The position numbers and the translations under genes are program-made. The notes under the pieces were generated by a model. That model worked only from the letters and a program-made list of their open reading frames with translations. It did not search any database and was not told the origin of the DNA. A DNA stretch of 42,527 bases from Candidatus Uhrbacteria bacterium (GTDB lineage: Bacteria > Patescibacteriota > Patescibacteriia > UBA9934 > GWF2-40-263): positions 1-42,527 of the forward strand of contig DOFP01000007.1 of assembly GCA_003523645.1 (NCBI GenBank). The letters run 5' to 3'. Shown one piece after another: positions 9,417 through 19,290 of this stretch. Position 1 is the first letter of the stretch, and the number at the start of each line of letters is the position of its first letter.

Positions 9417-10811
9417 ATGAATCATATCATTGGTCGCGGGATTGGACTCGGAGATGAGGGAAAGGGAAAGATCATAGCGGCCATCGGACGGAAACTTGGC
9501 ATTCGGACAGGTATACGCGACACTGGAGCCAATCAAGCCGTTCATCACCTTCCAGGACCTAATGGTATTTGGCATGGGTTTGCGCAATTTTGTTCCCATT
9601 CCTTTCAGAATGACGCGTGGACATTCCTCGCGCGGGGTATGGCGGTTGAGCTTGAGGCACTTGTGCGTGAGGCGGAAGTGCTGGTGACCAAAGGAGTCGT
9701 TGATCCTATTCGACGGGTTGTGATCGATGACCAGTGTGCGATTGTGACACCCATGCACAAAATGGTCGGACGTATGGAGGAATTGATTCGTAGGCGTGGT
9801 TCGTGCGGTATGGGCGCAGGAAGAACAATTCGCGATCGGGAGGCAGGAAAAGGAATTCGAGTTTCACATGTTCTGGACGGATCCGTTCGAGATCGGTTGC
9901 GGGAAATGGTGACAGAAACCATAGCCGAGGCGCGACAGTTACTTGAACAACATCCGACCGATGATATGCGTGCTGAATTTTCCTATTTCATTCATCGGTG
10001 TAATCCGGACATGCTGGCCGAAACCTATGAACATATTCTTGCGTATTCTGGCGTACTGGTAGACCATGATCGTCGGTTATTTCTGCAGCGCATCCAGGAG
10101 GAACGGGTATTTTTCGAGGGGGCACATGGAACTTTGTTGGATGTCCGGTTCGGATTCCATCCGTATGTGACTCAGTCCAAGACCACGTGGCAACATATCG
10201 AGGAGCTTGTCAGTCCTCAAATATCCTTGAAAAAACTTGGGATCTCGAGGTCTTATAGTCTTCGATATGGCATGGGACCTCTCATAACAAAAGACCCTAT
10301 CCTTTCGAAACATCTTCAGGATTCACGTAATCCTGAAGATTCTTGGCAGGGGTCAGTACACATTGGATGGCTTGACCTTCCGATGTGGAGATATGGAATT
10401 CTGTTAAACGATCGACTCGATGGTATTGCCCTTACTTGTCTTGACCACCTAACTGGGTATCCAAGCATTCGAGTATGTACGTCCTATTTTTATGATGGAA
10501 AGCAGGACTCGCTCGATACATTCTTTGAATGGACGCGCACCAAACAAGGAACAGCCGAGATCCTCGGTTTCAAGAAGCCAGAACTACCATTCGAGAGCGA
10601 AGAACGCACGCGGATTCTTCATCAATGTAGGCCTGGTAAGTGGATTGAATTTCCGGGGTGGAACAAGGACATCCGACAAGTAAGACGGGTGCAAGATCTA
10701 CCGAAAGCCGCCCGCAACTATGTTGACTTTCTTGAAAGCTGGGCAGGATTTGCTCTGCCCATTCGGATCATTTCGGTTGGTCCGGATGTTGAAAGCTCAA
10801 TTTTTATCTGA
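9417..10811 (+). CDS. Adenylosuccinate synthetase (PurA)-family protein, highly divergent, locus-1 copy
   Basis: RBS GGAGGaaagATG. PurA P-loop GLGDEGKGKI, GANQAVHH (cf. GGHNAGHT), FFEGAHGTLLDVRFGFHPYVTQSKTT (cf. PurA [25 protein letters not shown]), SYSLRYGMGPLITKD (cf. AYSTRVGAGPFPTEL), LTCLDHL (cf. LTKLDVL). Confidence 0.8.
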   Translation: MNHIIGRGIGLGDEGKGKIIAAIGRKLGIRTGIRDTGANQAVHHLPGPNGIWHGFAQFCSHSFQNDAWTFLARGMAVELEALVREAEVLVTKGVVDPIRRVVIDDQCAIVTPMHKMVGRMEELIRRRGSCGMGAGRTIRDREAGKGIRVSHVLDGSVRDRLREMVTETIAEARQLLEQHPTDDMRAEFSYFIHRCNPDMLAETYEHILAYSGVLVDHDRRLFLQRIQEERVFFEGAHGTLLDVRFGFHPYVTQSKTTWQHIEELVSPQISLKKLGISRSYSLRYGMGPLITKDPILSKHLQDSRNPEDSWQGSVHIGWLDLPMWRYGILLNDRLDGIALTCLDHLTGYPSIRVCTSYFYDGKQDSLDTFFEWTRTKQGTAEILGFKKPELPFESEERTRILHQCRPGKWIEFPGWNKDIRQVRRVQDLPKAARNYVDFLESWAGFALPIRIISVGPDVESSIFI

Positions 10812-10812
10812 A

Positions 10813-10842
10813 ATCCGTGACGCATACTCGCGGATTTTTTTG
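10813..10842 (+). terminator. Rho-independent terminator after the PurA-like gene
   Basis: ATCCG...CGGAT hairpin followed by TTTTTTTT. Confidence 0.6.
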
Positions 10843-10843
10843 T

Positions 10844-10871
10844 ACAAAAAATCCGTCTTGTTCAGACGGAA
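10844..10871 (-). terminator. Rho-independent terminator for the convergent minus-strand gene
   Basis: On the minus strand: CCGTC-tgaacaa-GACGG followed by ATTTTTT. Confidence 0.6.
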
Positions 10872-10877
10872 AGTCGT

Positions 10878-11411
10878 TTAGGGTCCGGCACAGAGCGGGG
10901 GTTCTTGATTCCGGAATTTGGTACGCAATATGAGAAGATTTTTTTTCTCCTGCTCATATGCTTCCAATTCCACGGGATCTGTCGGTAGAACAAAGATGAT
11001 TGTGTTGCAGTGTTGACAATACTGGTACGTTTTTTTCTCTCTCGGATCCGCAAGAAGCGGTCGTGAGAAACTTATGACATTGTAGACGAGCTCCTCGAGT
11101 TCGTTTCTCCAGGATTCTGGGATCATCGTGTTTTGTTGGAAGGAAGCGAACCCGCAGACAGGACACTGTTCAGGGCAGACATCCGGGTTCTGGAACGAAG
11201 TAAGAGCTTGTTCCCGAATTTGTTCCGGTGTTTTTCCACGATGTTCAGCTTCGAAGGATAGGGAGCATTTATTACATCCCAACCGTTCGAGAACTTCATA
11301 AGAATACCCTGTTTGCGTGCATCGGGTATTCCAGATTCCGATGAGCCGTCCTTCTTTACATGAAGGACAAGAATGGTTCATTAGTAAACCTTTCAATTGT
11401 TCCAGACTCAT
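10878..11411 (-). CDS. Cys-rich zinc-ribbon protein (177 aa), function unknown
   Basis: RBS AGGAGGaaacccc-ATG. Multiple CxxC pairs (CPSCKEG, CNKCS, CPEQCPVCG, CQHCN). Confidence 0.6.
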   Translation of the reverse strand: MSLEQLKGLLMNHSCPSCKEGRLIGIWNTRCTQTGYSYEVLERLGCNKCSLSFEAEHRGKTPEQIREQALTSFQNPDVCPEQCPVCGFASFQQNTMIPESWRNELEELVYNVISFSRPLLADPREKKTYQYCQHCNTIIFVLPTDPVELEAYEQEKKNLLILRTKFRNQEPPLCAGP

Positions 11412-11526
11412 GGGGTTTCCTCCTAAGTGTGTTTAAAAAGAACCTTTGAAAATCCTATGGAAGGATAATAAATATGTCAATATAAAATTGATTTTGTTAT
11501 GATGAATTCATTCTTTTTTATTTTTT

Positions 11527-12087
11527 ATGAACGAGCAACTATTCGAATGGAAACAATACCGTAGATCCGAACCGATTCTCTCTAAAGAAGAGCGTACCAA
11601 AGAGCAGGAGTTACGGAATCCAAAAACGATTCTTGAATTTGTTGTGAATCAGGAAAATGGAGTTTTGACAGAAAATATCTGGGCAAAGAATGTCATCGAC
11701 CCATCAGAAACCGTTTATCAATTGCTCAGGGATGAAAGAACCGGACAGCTTGCCATTATAAAATGGAAAAAAGGCGACATTGTAAAACCGCATCCTACTG
11801 AAGGATTCAAACGTGAATATGCGGAAAGCCATTATCGGACAAGTTATGGGCATGCCGGTCAATTTGAGGAAGTTGGTCTCTATGGATCTAGAACAGCCCT
11901 TCAAAAATCTATTCAAGAAGTTCGTGCCATTGGAGCAACTTATCAACCTCTTGCAGAATTGCAAAAGGCGATTGATGAAGGAATAAGAAAACAAGATGCT
12001 GAAGATCAAGAGATGTTGGCAGGACATTCGAAATCTGAAGAAGATGGTGATGATGGACATGATTCCATGTTGGCACGCGCTGCTTAA
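11527..12087 (+). CDS. Hypothetical protein (186 aa)
   Basis: ORF with an acidic C-terminus. No motifs recognised. Confidence 0.5.
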   Translation: MNEQLFEWKQYRRSEPILSKEERTKEQELRNPKTILEFVVNQENGVLTENIWAKNVIDPSETVYQLLRDERTGQLAIIKWKKGDIVKPHPTEGFKREYAESHYRTSYGHAGQFEEVGLYGSRTALQKSIQEVRAIGATYQPLAELQKAIDEGIRKQDAEDQEMLAGHSKSEEDGDDGHDSMLARAA

Positions 12088-12103
12088 TATCTAGGTTATC
12101 CTC

Positions 12104-13390
12104 TTGAGGAAAAGTTTTGTGTCAGTTATGCTACGGAGCATGTCATTTTCTCTCTTCTCTTCTCGTATACGTTTGCCGCGAACAGTGACATTTCTCATTG
12201 TCCTTGTTTGTATTTTAACATCGTTTGTTTTTGGATTGTTTCTTGGACGCCAGCAAGGAGTTCGTCTGGCTGTTCCGTCTGGAGAAGGTCGTGTGTTGGG
12301 TCAAGGGGGGAAAACAATGACGGCATTGGAAAAAGATGTTGACTTCCAATTATTTTGGAATGTTTGGAATTTGGTAAAAGAAACATACTATCAACAACCT
12401 GTTTCTGATAAATCGCTCTTTTATGGAGCGGTCATGGGAATGGTTGCAGGATTACAGGATCCATATTCTGTGTTCTTTGATCCAACAGCTGCAGAAGAAT
12501 TCAATAAAGATTTGACAGGAAGTTTTGAAGGAGTCGGAGCGGAAATCGGTATCAAAAATCATCAGCTGCAAATCGTGGCTCCATTGCCAGGAAGTCCAGC
12601 TGAAGCAGCTGGGATAAAATCAGGTGATAAGATTTTTTTGATTGACGGAAAAGAGACAGCCAACATGACCGTAGAAGAAGCCATATCTTTGATTCGCGGA
12701 GAACGAGGGACAACGGTCGTTTTGACAATTTCTCGAGACGGATTAAAAGATGTCATGGAAGTTTCGGTTGTTCGCGATACGATAAAAGTGAATAGTGTAC
12801 GTGCGGAAATGCGTGAAGACGGCATCGCAGTTATTCACATGTATTTATTTAATGAAGACACGGAACCGTTGTTTACCGCGGCTGTGAATGAAAGTCTGAG
12901 TCATGGAGCACGAGGAATCATTCTTGACTTACGGAGCAACCCAGGTGGACTTTTAACAGCTGCGATTGATGTGGCAAGTGCATGGATTGGTAAAGATCCG
13001 GTTGTCATTCAACGCGTTCGTGATCGACAAGATGTGTTTCCCGGATCTGTCTCTGCTCGTTTGCAGGGAATTCCAACCGTGGTGCTTGTAAACGGCGGTT
13101 CCGCTTCCGGTTCGGAAATTGTTGCCGGAGCTTTGCAAGATTATGGTTATGCAACACTTATCGGAGAACAAACATTTGGAAAAGGATCTGTCCAGGATTA
13201 TCGCGAGTTAGATGACGGGTCTGCAGTAAAAATTACCATTGCCGAATGGTTGACTCCATATGGACGTTCGATTAATCATGTGGGAATTGCTCCGGATGTG
13301 CAGGTTCCGTTTACGGAAGAGGATTTTAAAAATGGACGTGATCCACAATTTGATACAGCCATTGAATGGCTTCAAAAGGCTATCAAATAA
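12104..13390 (+). CDS. ctpA: Carboxyl-terminal processing protease (S41 family, PDZ domain), membrane-anchored
   Basis: N-terminal TM. PDZ segment GSPAEAAGIKSGDKIFLIDG. S41 motifs GIILDLRSNPGGLL and LVNGGSASGSEIVAGALQD...GEQTFGKGSVQ. Confidence 0.9.
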   Translation: MRKSFVSVMLRSMSFSLFSSRIRLPRTVTFLIVLVCILTSFVFGLFLGRQQGVRLAVPSGEGRVLGQGGKTMTALEKDVDFQLFWNVWNLVKETYYQQPVSDKSLFYGAVMGMVAGLQDPYSVFFDPTAAEEFNKDLTGSFEGVGAEIGIKNHQLQIVAPLPGSPAEAAGIKSGDKIFLIDGKETANMTVEEAISLIRGERGTTVVLTISRDGLKDVMEVSVVRDTIKVNSVRAEMREDGIAVIHMYLFNEDTEPLFTAAVNESLSHGARGIILDLRSNPGGLLTAAIDVASAWIGKDPVVIQRVRDRQDVFPGSVSARLQGIPTVVLVNGGSASGSEIVAGALQDYGYATLIGEQTFGKGSVQDYRELDDGSAVKITIAEWLTPYGRSINHVGIAPDVQVPFTEEDFKNGRDPQFDTAIEWLQKAIK

Positions 13391-13473
13391 TGTCTTGTAT
13401 GAATCATGTGCCTTCTCCGGAATCTATTCCACGGTCTCGACCGTCACGTTCAAGTTCAAAACGTGCAAAAAAT

Positions 13474-13920
13474 ATGGTTCATGAAGTATCAGCGGGCGGG
13501 CTTGTATTCAAACGAACTCCAAAAGGAATTTTGTTTGCCATGATGAAAGATTCGTATGGAAAATGGACGTTCCCAAAAGGACATGTAGAATCTGGAGAAG
13601 AAAAAGAAGAGGCTGCTGCCCGGGAAAGCATGGAAGAACTGGGTCTAGAACAAATTCGACTTCTCGAATCATTAGGACAAATTACGATTTGGTTTCGTGA
13701 TCGTTTTGTAAAAAAAGGAGCGCTGGTTCACAAAGACATTCATTATTTTTTATTTGCGACTCTTCCGGACACAGAATTGTTTCCTCAAACATCTGAACAT
13801 ATCCAGGAAGCTGCATGGATTCCAGCAAAGGAATTATTGGAACGATCTTTTTATCCGGATCTTGTTCCTGTGATCAAACGTGCGCTCATGTACGTGCGTA
13901 TTCACGGAGGAACCGTTTAA
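13474..13920 (+). CDS. Nudix hydrolase
   Basis: Nudix box GHVESGEEKEEAAARESMEELGLE. Start uncertain (in-frame alternatives at 13366 and 13393 overlap the ctpA end). Confidence 0.8.
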   Translation: MVHEVSAGGLVFKRTPKGILFAMMKDSYGKWTFPKGHVESGEEKEEAAARESMEELGLEQIRLLESLGQITIWFRDRFVKKGALVHKDIHYFLFATLPDTELFPQTSEHIQEAAWIPAKELLERSFYPDLVPVIKRALMYVRIHGGTV

Positions 13921-13923
13921 CCT

Positions 13924-14694
13924 ATGAGATTTGCTTGGCGGCATGACATCCGCGAATTTTTTGTTGGATGGCATTGTTTTTTTCGGGGAGGATTGCTTCT
14001 TGCACATCGACCTGCCTGGTGGCGTGCACTCATTATTCCGATTTTACTTCATGTAGTTCTTTTTACGATTTTTGTTATCGTGGTCGTTGCTTTATTTGAT
14101 CATTTCTTTCTTTTTTCTTTTCCACGAACTTGGTGGGCACTTTTAGCTGGACTCGTGATCTTGGTCAGTATGATTTTTTTTGTGGTCATGTTGAGTGTTC
14201 CGATACTGGTTGTTTTTGGAACGGTGATTGTTTCGCCTTTTTACGAAGTATTAGGGCGTGTTGTTTCCCAGGCATATGGAGAAGCACTTCCTCAGGTGTT
14301 GTGGCGTGAGGAATGGAAACAGAGTATTCGACAGATTTTTTGGATGTTCGGATGGTATCTTGGTATGCAAGGAAGTCTTTTTCTCTTGTTTCTTCTTCCG
14401 GTTGTTGGAGGACCTTTTTCAACCGTTTTTTTTGGGTTTCTGTTAACAGCAGGTTTTTTTGGAACACAGTATTTAGGATTTTCTCCCCAGTTTCGCTGTT
14501 GGGAAAGTACACGTCAACGCGCCTGGTGTTTGGAACATAAAGGGCTTATATGCGGATTTGGAATGGCAGTTGGTTTTTGTTTGCTTATCCCGGGAATGAA
14601 TTTTTTTGTTCCATCAGCTGCTGTTGTGGCTGGGGTGCTTTTAGTGCGTGAACATGGAGGCGATCGTGCGCATTTTCAAATCGTGAGGAGCTGA
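13924..14694 (+). CDS. Integral membrane protein (256 aa, multi-TM), function unknown
   Basis: Several long hydrophobic segments (ALIIPILLHVVLFTIFVIVVVALF, LAGLVILVSMIFFVVMLSVPILVVFG, etc.). Confidence 0.6.
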   Translation: MRFAWRHDIREFFVGWHCFFRGGLLLAHRPAWWRALIIPILLHVVLFTIFVIVVVALFDHFFLFSFPRTWWALLAGLVILVSMIFFVVMLSVPILVVFGTVIVSPFYEVLGRVVSQAYGEALPQVLWREEWKQSIRQIFWMFGWYLGMQGSLFLLFLLPVVGGPFSTVFFGFLLTAGFFGTQYLGFSPQFRCWESTRQRAWCLEHKGLICGFGMAVGFCLLIPGMNFFVPSAAVVAGVLLVREHGGDRAHFQIVRS

Positions 14695-14712
14695 TGTTAT
14701 ACTAGCAAACGT

Positions 14713-15174
14713 ATGAAAGTGATTTTACTTCGCGATGTCAAAGGTCAAGGGAAGGAGGGGGAAGTGATTGAGGTATCAGAAGGATATGCCCGAAATTTTC
14801 TTTTTCCTCAAAATGTAGCTGTTCAGGCAACAGAAACTGTGTTGCGAGAGCGAAAAGAGCGTGAAGTAATCGCAGAAAGGCGTGATAAAAAGGCCTTGGA
14901 TGCTGCAGCAAAACTTTCCGCAGCTTTAGATGGTTTTGAGGTTGAAATTCCACAAAAAGTGAATGAACAAGGAGGACTATATGGATCTGTACAGGCACAG
15001 GTGATTGCAGATGCATTGAAAAAGCAGAAATTTGCAGTGACTTCTGACATGGTGAGTATGCGTGAACCCATAAAAGAAGCGGGTGATTATTCTGTGACTA
15101 TTAACCTTCCACATGGATTTGAAGCTCTTGTTACAATTCATATTGTTTCAAAAGGAAAAGCAGAAAAAGTATGA
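14713..15174 (+). CDS. rplI: 50S ribosomal protein L9
   Basis: [37 protein letters not shown] is the canonical L9 N-terminus. Confidence 0.95.
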   Translation: MKVILLRDVKGQGKEGEVIEVSEGYARNFLFPQNVAVQATETVLRERKEREVIAERRDKKALDAAAKLSAALDGFEVEIPQKVNEQGGLYGSVQAQVIADALKKQKFAVTSDMVSMREPIKEAGDYSVTINLPHGFEALVTIHIVSKGKAEKV

Positions 15175-16802
15175 AAAAATATATTTTTGTTGTGGGTGGT
15201 GTTTTGTCTGGTGTGGGAAAGGGGGTGACCTCTGCTTCCCTTGGTGCCATTTTTCAGTCCAAAGGATTTTCTGTGACGGCTGTAAAAGCAGATCCATATG
15301 TGAATGTAGATGCAGGGACTATGAATCCAATTGAACATGGAGAGGTATTCGTCACTTGCGATGGGGATGAGACCGATCAAGACATGGGAAATTATGAACG
15401 ATTTTTGGATGTTGATTTGCGTTCAGAAAATTACATGACGACCGGTCGTGTGTATCAAACCGTGATTCAAAACGAGCGTGCCATGAAATATAAAGGTAAG
15501 TGTGTTCAGGTCGTTCCTCATATTCCAGAGGAAATGATTCGTCGCATTCAAGGAGCTGCTGTTCAAAATAAAGCAGATATAACAATTGTAGAAATCGGAG
15601 GAACAGTAGGAGAATATGAAAATATTTTGTTTTTGGAAGCCGCTCGCATGATGAAGCTCGAACATCCAGATGATGTTGCTTTTGTTCTTGTGAGTTATCT
15701 TCCCGTTCCATCACATCTTGGAGAAATGAAAACAAAACCAACACAGCATGCGGCTCGTGCACTTAATAGTGTGGGAATTCAGGCCAACATGATTATCGCA
15801 CGCGGACCGCAAGAATTAGATACGCCGCGCAGAGAAAAACTCGCAGTGCATTGTGGGGTTCCAAAAGATCGCTGTATTGCGGCACCGGACATTGATACGA
15901 TTTATCGTATTCCTCTTCTTTTGGAAGAACAGGATGTAGGGAACAAACTTTTGCATGACCTGCGTGTCAAACCACGTCCATCAGAATTATCTTCTTGGAA
16001 GACATTTATCACTCATATTGAACATGCGCGCCAGAATGTGAAGATTGCGGTTGTAGGAAAATATTTTGGCACAGGACAATATACACTTGCTGATTCCTAC
16101 ATTTCCGTTATCGAGGCGTTGAAACATGCAGCTTGGTCACATCGGTATCGTCCGGAACTTACATGGGTCAGCGCAGAAGATTTTGAAAAGGATCCAAAAA
16201 CCGTTTCGCGTCTTGCAGAGTTTGATGGAGTTCTTGTTCCTGGTGGATTTGGGTCGCGTGGTATTGAAGGAATTTTGACAGCGATTCAATTTGCGCGAGA
16301 AAAAAAAATTCCGTATTTCGGATTGTGTTATGGTATGCAGCTTGCGTGTGTGGAAGTTGCCCGTCACGTTGCGAGACTTGAAGGAGCAAATACGATTGAG
16401 GTTGATTCAAAAACATCACATCCGATTATTCACATGAATCCGCTTCAAGCCAAAAATATTCTTGAACGAAAATATGGAGCCACCATGCGGCTTGGAAGTT
16501 ATACTTGTACATTGAAAAAAGGATCCAAGGCTCGCAAAGCATACGGAATAGATACGATTCAAGAACGTCATCGTCATCGATACGAATTTAATAATACCTA
16601 TCGAGAATCATTAGAGCAGTCTGGATTGGAAATGGTGGGAATAAATCCTGAATCTGACCTTGTGGAAATTGTTGAACTTAAAGATCATCCATTTTTTGTT
16701 GGGGTTCAGTTTCATCCAGAATTTCAGTCCCGTTCCATGCGACCACATCCATTGTTTGCTGCCTTTTTAGCTGCGGCTGGAAAACAAGCAAAAACAGCTT
16801 GA
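15171..16802 (+). CDS. pyrG: CTP synthase
   Basis: [29 protein letters not shown]-terminus. Glutamine amidotransferase motif GLCYGMQLA...HRHRYE. 543 aa. Confidence 0.97.
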   Translation: MKKYIFVVGGVLSGVGKGVTSASLGAIFQSKGFSVTAVKADPYVNVDAGTMNPIEHGEVFVTCDGDETDQDMGNYERFLDVDLRSENYMTTGRVYQTVIQNERAMKYKGKCVQVVPHIPEEMIRRIQGAAVQNKADITIVEIGGTVGEYENILFLEAARMMKLEHPDDVAFVLVSYLPVPSHLGEMKTKPTQHAARALNSVGIQANMIIARGPQELDTPRREKLAVHCGVPKDRCIAAPDIDTIYRIPLLLEEQDVGNKLLHDLRVKPRPSELSSWKTFITHIEHARQNVKIAVVGKYFGTGQYTLADSYISVIEALKHAAWSHRYRPELTWVSAEDFEKDPKTVSRLAEFDGVLVPGGFGSRGIEGILTAIQFAREKKIPYFGLCYGMQLACVEVARHVARLEGANTIEVDSKTSHPIIHMNPLQAKNILERKYGATMRLGSYTCTLKKGSKARKAYGIDTIQERHRHRYEFNNTYRESLEQSGLEMVGINPESDLVEIVELKDHPFFVGVQFHPEFQSRSMRPHPLFAAFLAAAGKQAKTA

Positions 16803-16995
16803 CAAGAAGACCGTGAATCGGTAGAGTCTTTGCATCTTTGGTTTGTATTTTTGTTTTTATTTATTAGAAAACTTCCGTGTTTGAGCCTAGTTTTAGGAGC
16901 AAGCGAGTACCGGAAAAAGCCGTACTTCACAAGTACGGCGTTGAGGAACGGAGCTTGCGACAACAAAAAAAGCCAAACACGGAATTTTTACTCAT

Positions 16996-17277
16996 ATGGC
17001 ACATAAGAAAGCTGCCGGCTCTACCCAGCTCGGCCGCGATTCCCAAGGTCAGCGCCTTGGTGTCAAAATCGCGGACGGGCAAGTCACACGAGCTGGTCAA
17101 ATCATTGTCCGCCAACGCGGCACAAAAATTCATCCAGGCGTGAATGTTCGTCGTTCAAGCGATGATACACTTTATGCCGGAACAGATGGCATCGTCCATT
17201 TCAAGAAAAAGAAAGCTTTAAATTTTCATGGTATTTTACAGCTTCGCACATACGTGTCTATTGAAAAAGCTTTGTAA
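16996..17277 (+). CDS. rpmA: 50S ribosomal protein L27
   Basis: [24 protein letters not shown]...[10 protein letters not shown] is the canonical L27 sequence. No rplU immediately upstream. Confidence 0.95.
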   Translation: MAHKKAAGSTQLGRDSQGQRLGVKIADGQVTRAGQIIVRQRGTKIHPGVNVRRSSDDTLYAGTDGIVHFKKKKALNFHGILQLRTYVSIEKAL

Positions 17278-17282
17278 ATTGT

Positions 17283-17438
17283 AGAACTTTCTCATTTTGC
17301 CCATTCTGGGTTTACCATGCATCGGATGGTGCATGGCTTACAGGGATCCCAGTTTTTTCTTGCTGTACCATTTAGTACAGCTTGATAAAACTTCCACCCC
17401 GTGCACCCAAACTGGTCTAAAATGAATAAAGTCCTAAG
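17283..17438 (+). repeat. Copy 2 of the ~156-nt repeated structured element, downstream of rpmA
   Basis: Collinear with 2751-2907, including CCATGCATCggatGGTGCATGG (compensatory substitution keeps the stem) and CTGTACcatttaGTACAG. Confidence 0.7.
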
Positions 17439-17461
17439 TCGTGGTTACTTTAAATAGATTT

Positions 17462-17500
17462 AAAAAATCATTCAGACAAAAATGTTTGAATGATTTTTTG
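17462..17500. terminator. Rho-independent terminator
   Basis: AATCATTCA-(12 nt)-TGAATGATT followed by TTTTT. Confidence 0.7.
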
Positions 17501-17593
17501 TTTGTTATCCTTGACATTTTTGGATTTTTTTGATAAGAACTTGTTACGAATAGTTTTTGGACTTTGAAAATCAACTCGAAAGAAAGGGAAAAA

Positions 17594-18589
17594 ATGAAGC
17601 TTCGATTTCGAAAAATGGTTCGACCGGATATGGTTTTGCGGGAAGCACAGGACTTTGTATTGCAACAGAAGAGGTTGAAACGAAAAAAAGAGCTTGTTCT
17701 AAAAAGAAAACAGATATATTCAGACAGGGGTCTTCATGATGGTAACGACTTTTATTGGTGGGAAAGCATTGGTGGAGCTTGTTTTATGACGAGTGTAATC
17801 TGTTTGTTCATCTCCTTTTTTACAGGATGGAATACTTTTTTGTATGGATTTCTCTTGCCGGGTCTCATTGGAATTTTTTTCTTGCTTGGAGTTGTTCGAT
17901 TGATAGCGAGAGTACAAGTTCCATTCAAGTCGCCGAAATCAGATGAATTGCTTCCAACACGGATCGTGCCGACCTATCTTTCCTATCAGATCAGTCTTCT
18001 CAAAAATGAACTGATTGGTAATGGAAGTCGGTATGTTTCCGTGTACGCGCAAGTGGAGAAAGTGAATCAACGGGCGCGGGCGGTTTCGGAGCAACTCATG
18101 GCACGTATGACTCGAAACAACGAACCCCCTGCTTATCTTCGCTCCAGTTTGGAACAGGCTGAGGAGGTTGTGGAGCGGACCATTCGAGTTCTTGAAGGAC
18201 TTCAGAAATTTCGCGCCAAGGTCGATGGATTCCTTGCCGAGTGTGACGGAGCTGTCGGAGCGCTTTCCGGACCGCTTCATGATCTTGAACTTGTTCATGA
18301 GGTTCAAGAACTGGCCGGTCAGACGAAACGTCTGGAGGATCAGGCACAGCAGGTAGTTTTCGACACGGTGGAAACGCTTCAAACGCGTATGTTCGCTATT
18401 CGTGGAGATGTACATAAGCGTTTTGAGGGTGTCGGTGTCCATCTTGCTTTGGAGACCTCGTCAACAGGTGATGCGGCGAGGGATTTTGAAACACTTGAGA
18501 GAACCATCGCTGATTTCGTTCCAGCCAACCTGATCCCTGAGGCAAAGGTGCGGGCTCTTCAGAACGAGGTTGCCGGCCTCGCGATGTAA
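17594..18589 (+). CDS. Membrane-anchored coiled-coil protein (2 TM + long helical region), function unknown
   Basis: ATG with RBS AAAGGGAAAAA. TM segments FMTSVICLFISFFTGW and FLLPGLIGIFFLLGVV. Remainder is heptad-rich. Confidence 0.6.
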   Translation: MKLRFRKMVRPDMVLREAQDFVLQQKRLKRKKELVLKRKQIYSDRGLHDGNDFYWWESIGGACFMTSVICLFISFFTGWNTFLYGFLLPGLIGIFFLLGVVRLIARVQVPFKSPKSDELLPTRIVPTYLSYQISLLKNELIGNGSRYVSVYAQVEKVNQRARAVSEQLMARMTRNNEPPAYLRSSLEQAEEVVERTIRVLEGLQKFRAKVDGFLAECDGAVGALSGPLHDLELVHEVQELAGQTKRLEDQAQQVVFDTVETLQTRMFAIRGDVHKRFEGVGVHLALETSSTGDAARDFETLERTIADFVPANLIPEAKVRALQNEVAGLAM

Positions 18590-18597
18590 CGCTTTGA

Positions 18598-18638
18598 ATC
18601 GATAGGATACTCATAAGAGTCCTGTCGATTTTTTTTGT
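18598..18638 (+). terminator. Rho-independent terminator
   Basis: ATCGATAGGA-(12 nt)-TCCTGTCGAT followed by T8. Confidence 0.7.
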
Positions 18639-18718
18639 TTAAAATTTTTTGACTTTTTTTCTTTTCTGATTCAGTATTTCTTGGAGAAAATTCATGTTCT
18701 TTTTGAAAGGAAAAAATC

Positions 18719-19174
18719 ATGGAGAAACGTCTCACAAAACGAATGTACTATCAAAGACTTGATGGGCAAACATTCCATGAGTCAAGTACATTGTTTGGTC
18801 TTCAGAATGGAAGAATATGTGAATTTGAAAGAGTACTCCACGATGCGCGGTGGTATAACCGTTATGGAGAAAAACTTGGTTGGGGCGATCTCGTACCAGA
18901 AGATTTTGAAAGGATCGCGTCTGGTTTGAAAAGTGATGAACTCTTTATCATTCTCAGAAAAGTTGATATGTACAGAGATTCATACGTGAGAGCTGGAAGT
19001 GATGAAGATCATCCTCCTCTTGAATACCTCTTGAGAGAGTGTCTCTTCATCATCCGGTCAAAAGAAATTTTTGAAATTACAGACCGTCAACAGGAAGGAA
19101 CTGTGCAAGAAATTTATGGAATCTATCCTGTAAAAGTGATCCATCCCCATTCCATTCGAGGTCTTTTTATTTGA
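18719..19174 (+). CDS. Hypothetical protein (151 aa)
   Basis: RBS AAAGGAAAAAAtcATG. No motifs recognised. Confidence 0.5.
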   Translation: MEKRLTKRMYYQRLDGQTFHESSTLFGLQNGRICEFERVLHDARWYNRYGEKLGWGDLVPEDFERIASGLKSDELFIILRKVDMYRDSYVRAGSDEDHPPLEYLLRECLFIIRSKEIFEITDRQQEGTVQEIYGIYPVKVIHPHSIRGLFI

Positions 19175-19195
19175 TAACCCGTCTCATACACAACA

Positions 19196-19225
19196 AATCG
19201 ACATATCCATCTGTCGATTTTTTTG
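19196..19225 (+). terminator. Rho-independent terminator
   Basis: AATCGACA-tatccatc-TGTCGATT followed by TTTTT. Confidence 0.7.
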
Positions 19226-19226
19226 T

Positions 19227-19256
19227 TTGTCAAAACGTCCTTTTTTCGCTTATACT
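19227..19256 (+). promoter_or_regulatory. Putative sigma70-type promoter for the NifU-like gene
   Basis: TTGTCA, 18-nt spacer, TATACT. Confidence 0.4.
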
Positions 19257-19290
19257 GTTTTGGGAGTATGGTGAACGAAAACAAAAAATT

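Noticed and set aside
15352-15762. 136-aa minus-strand ORF
   Set aside because: Inside pyrG, whose identity is unambiguous.
18598-19225. Two terminators sharing the motif CTGTCGATTTTTTTGTTT (18625 and 19212)
   Set aside because: The similarity is limited to the 3' half of the hairpin plus the U-tract. Most simply explained by convergent terminator composition in an AT-rich genome, not a repeat family.
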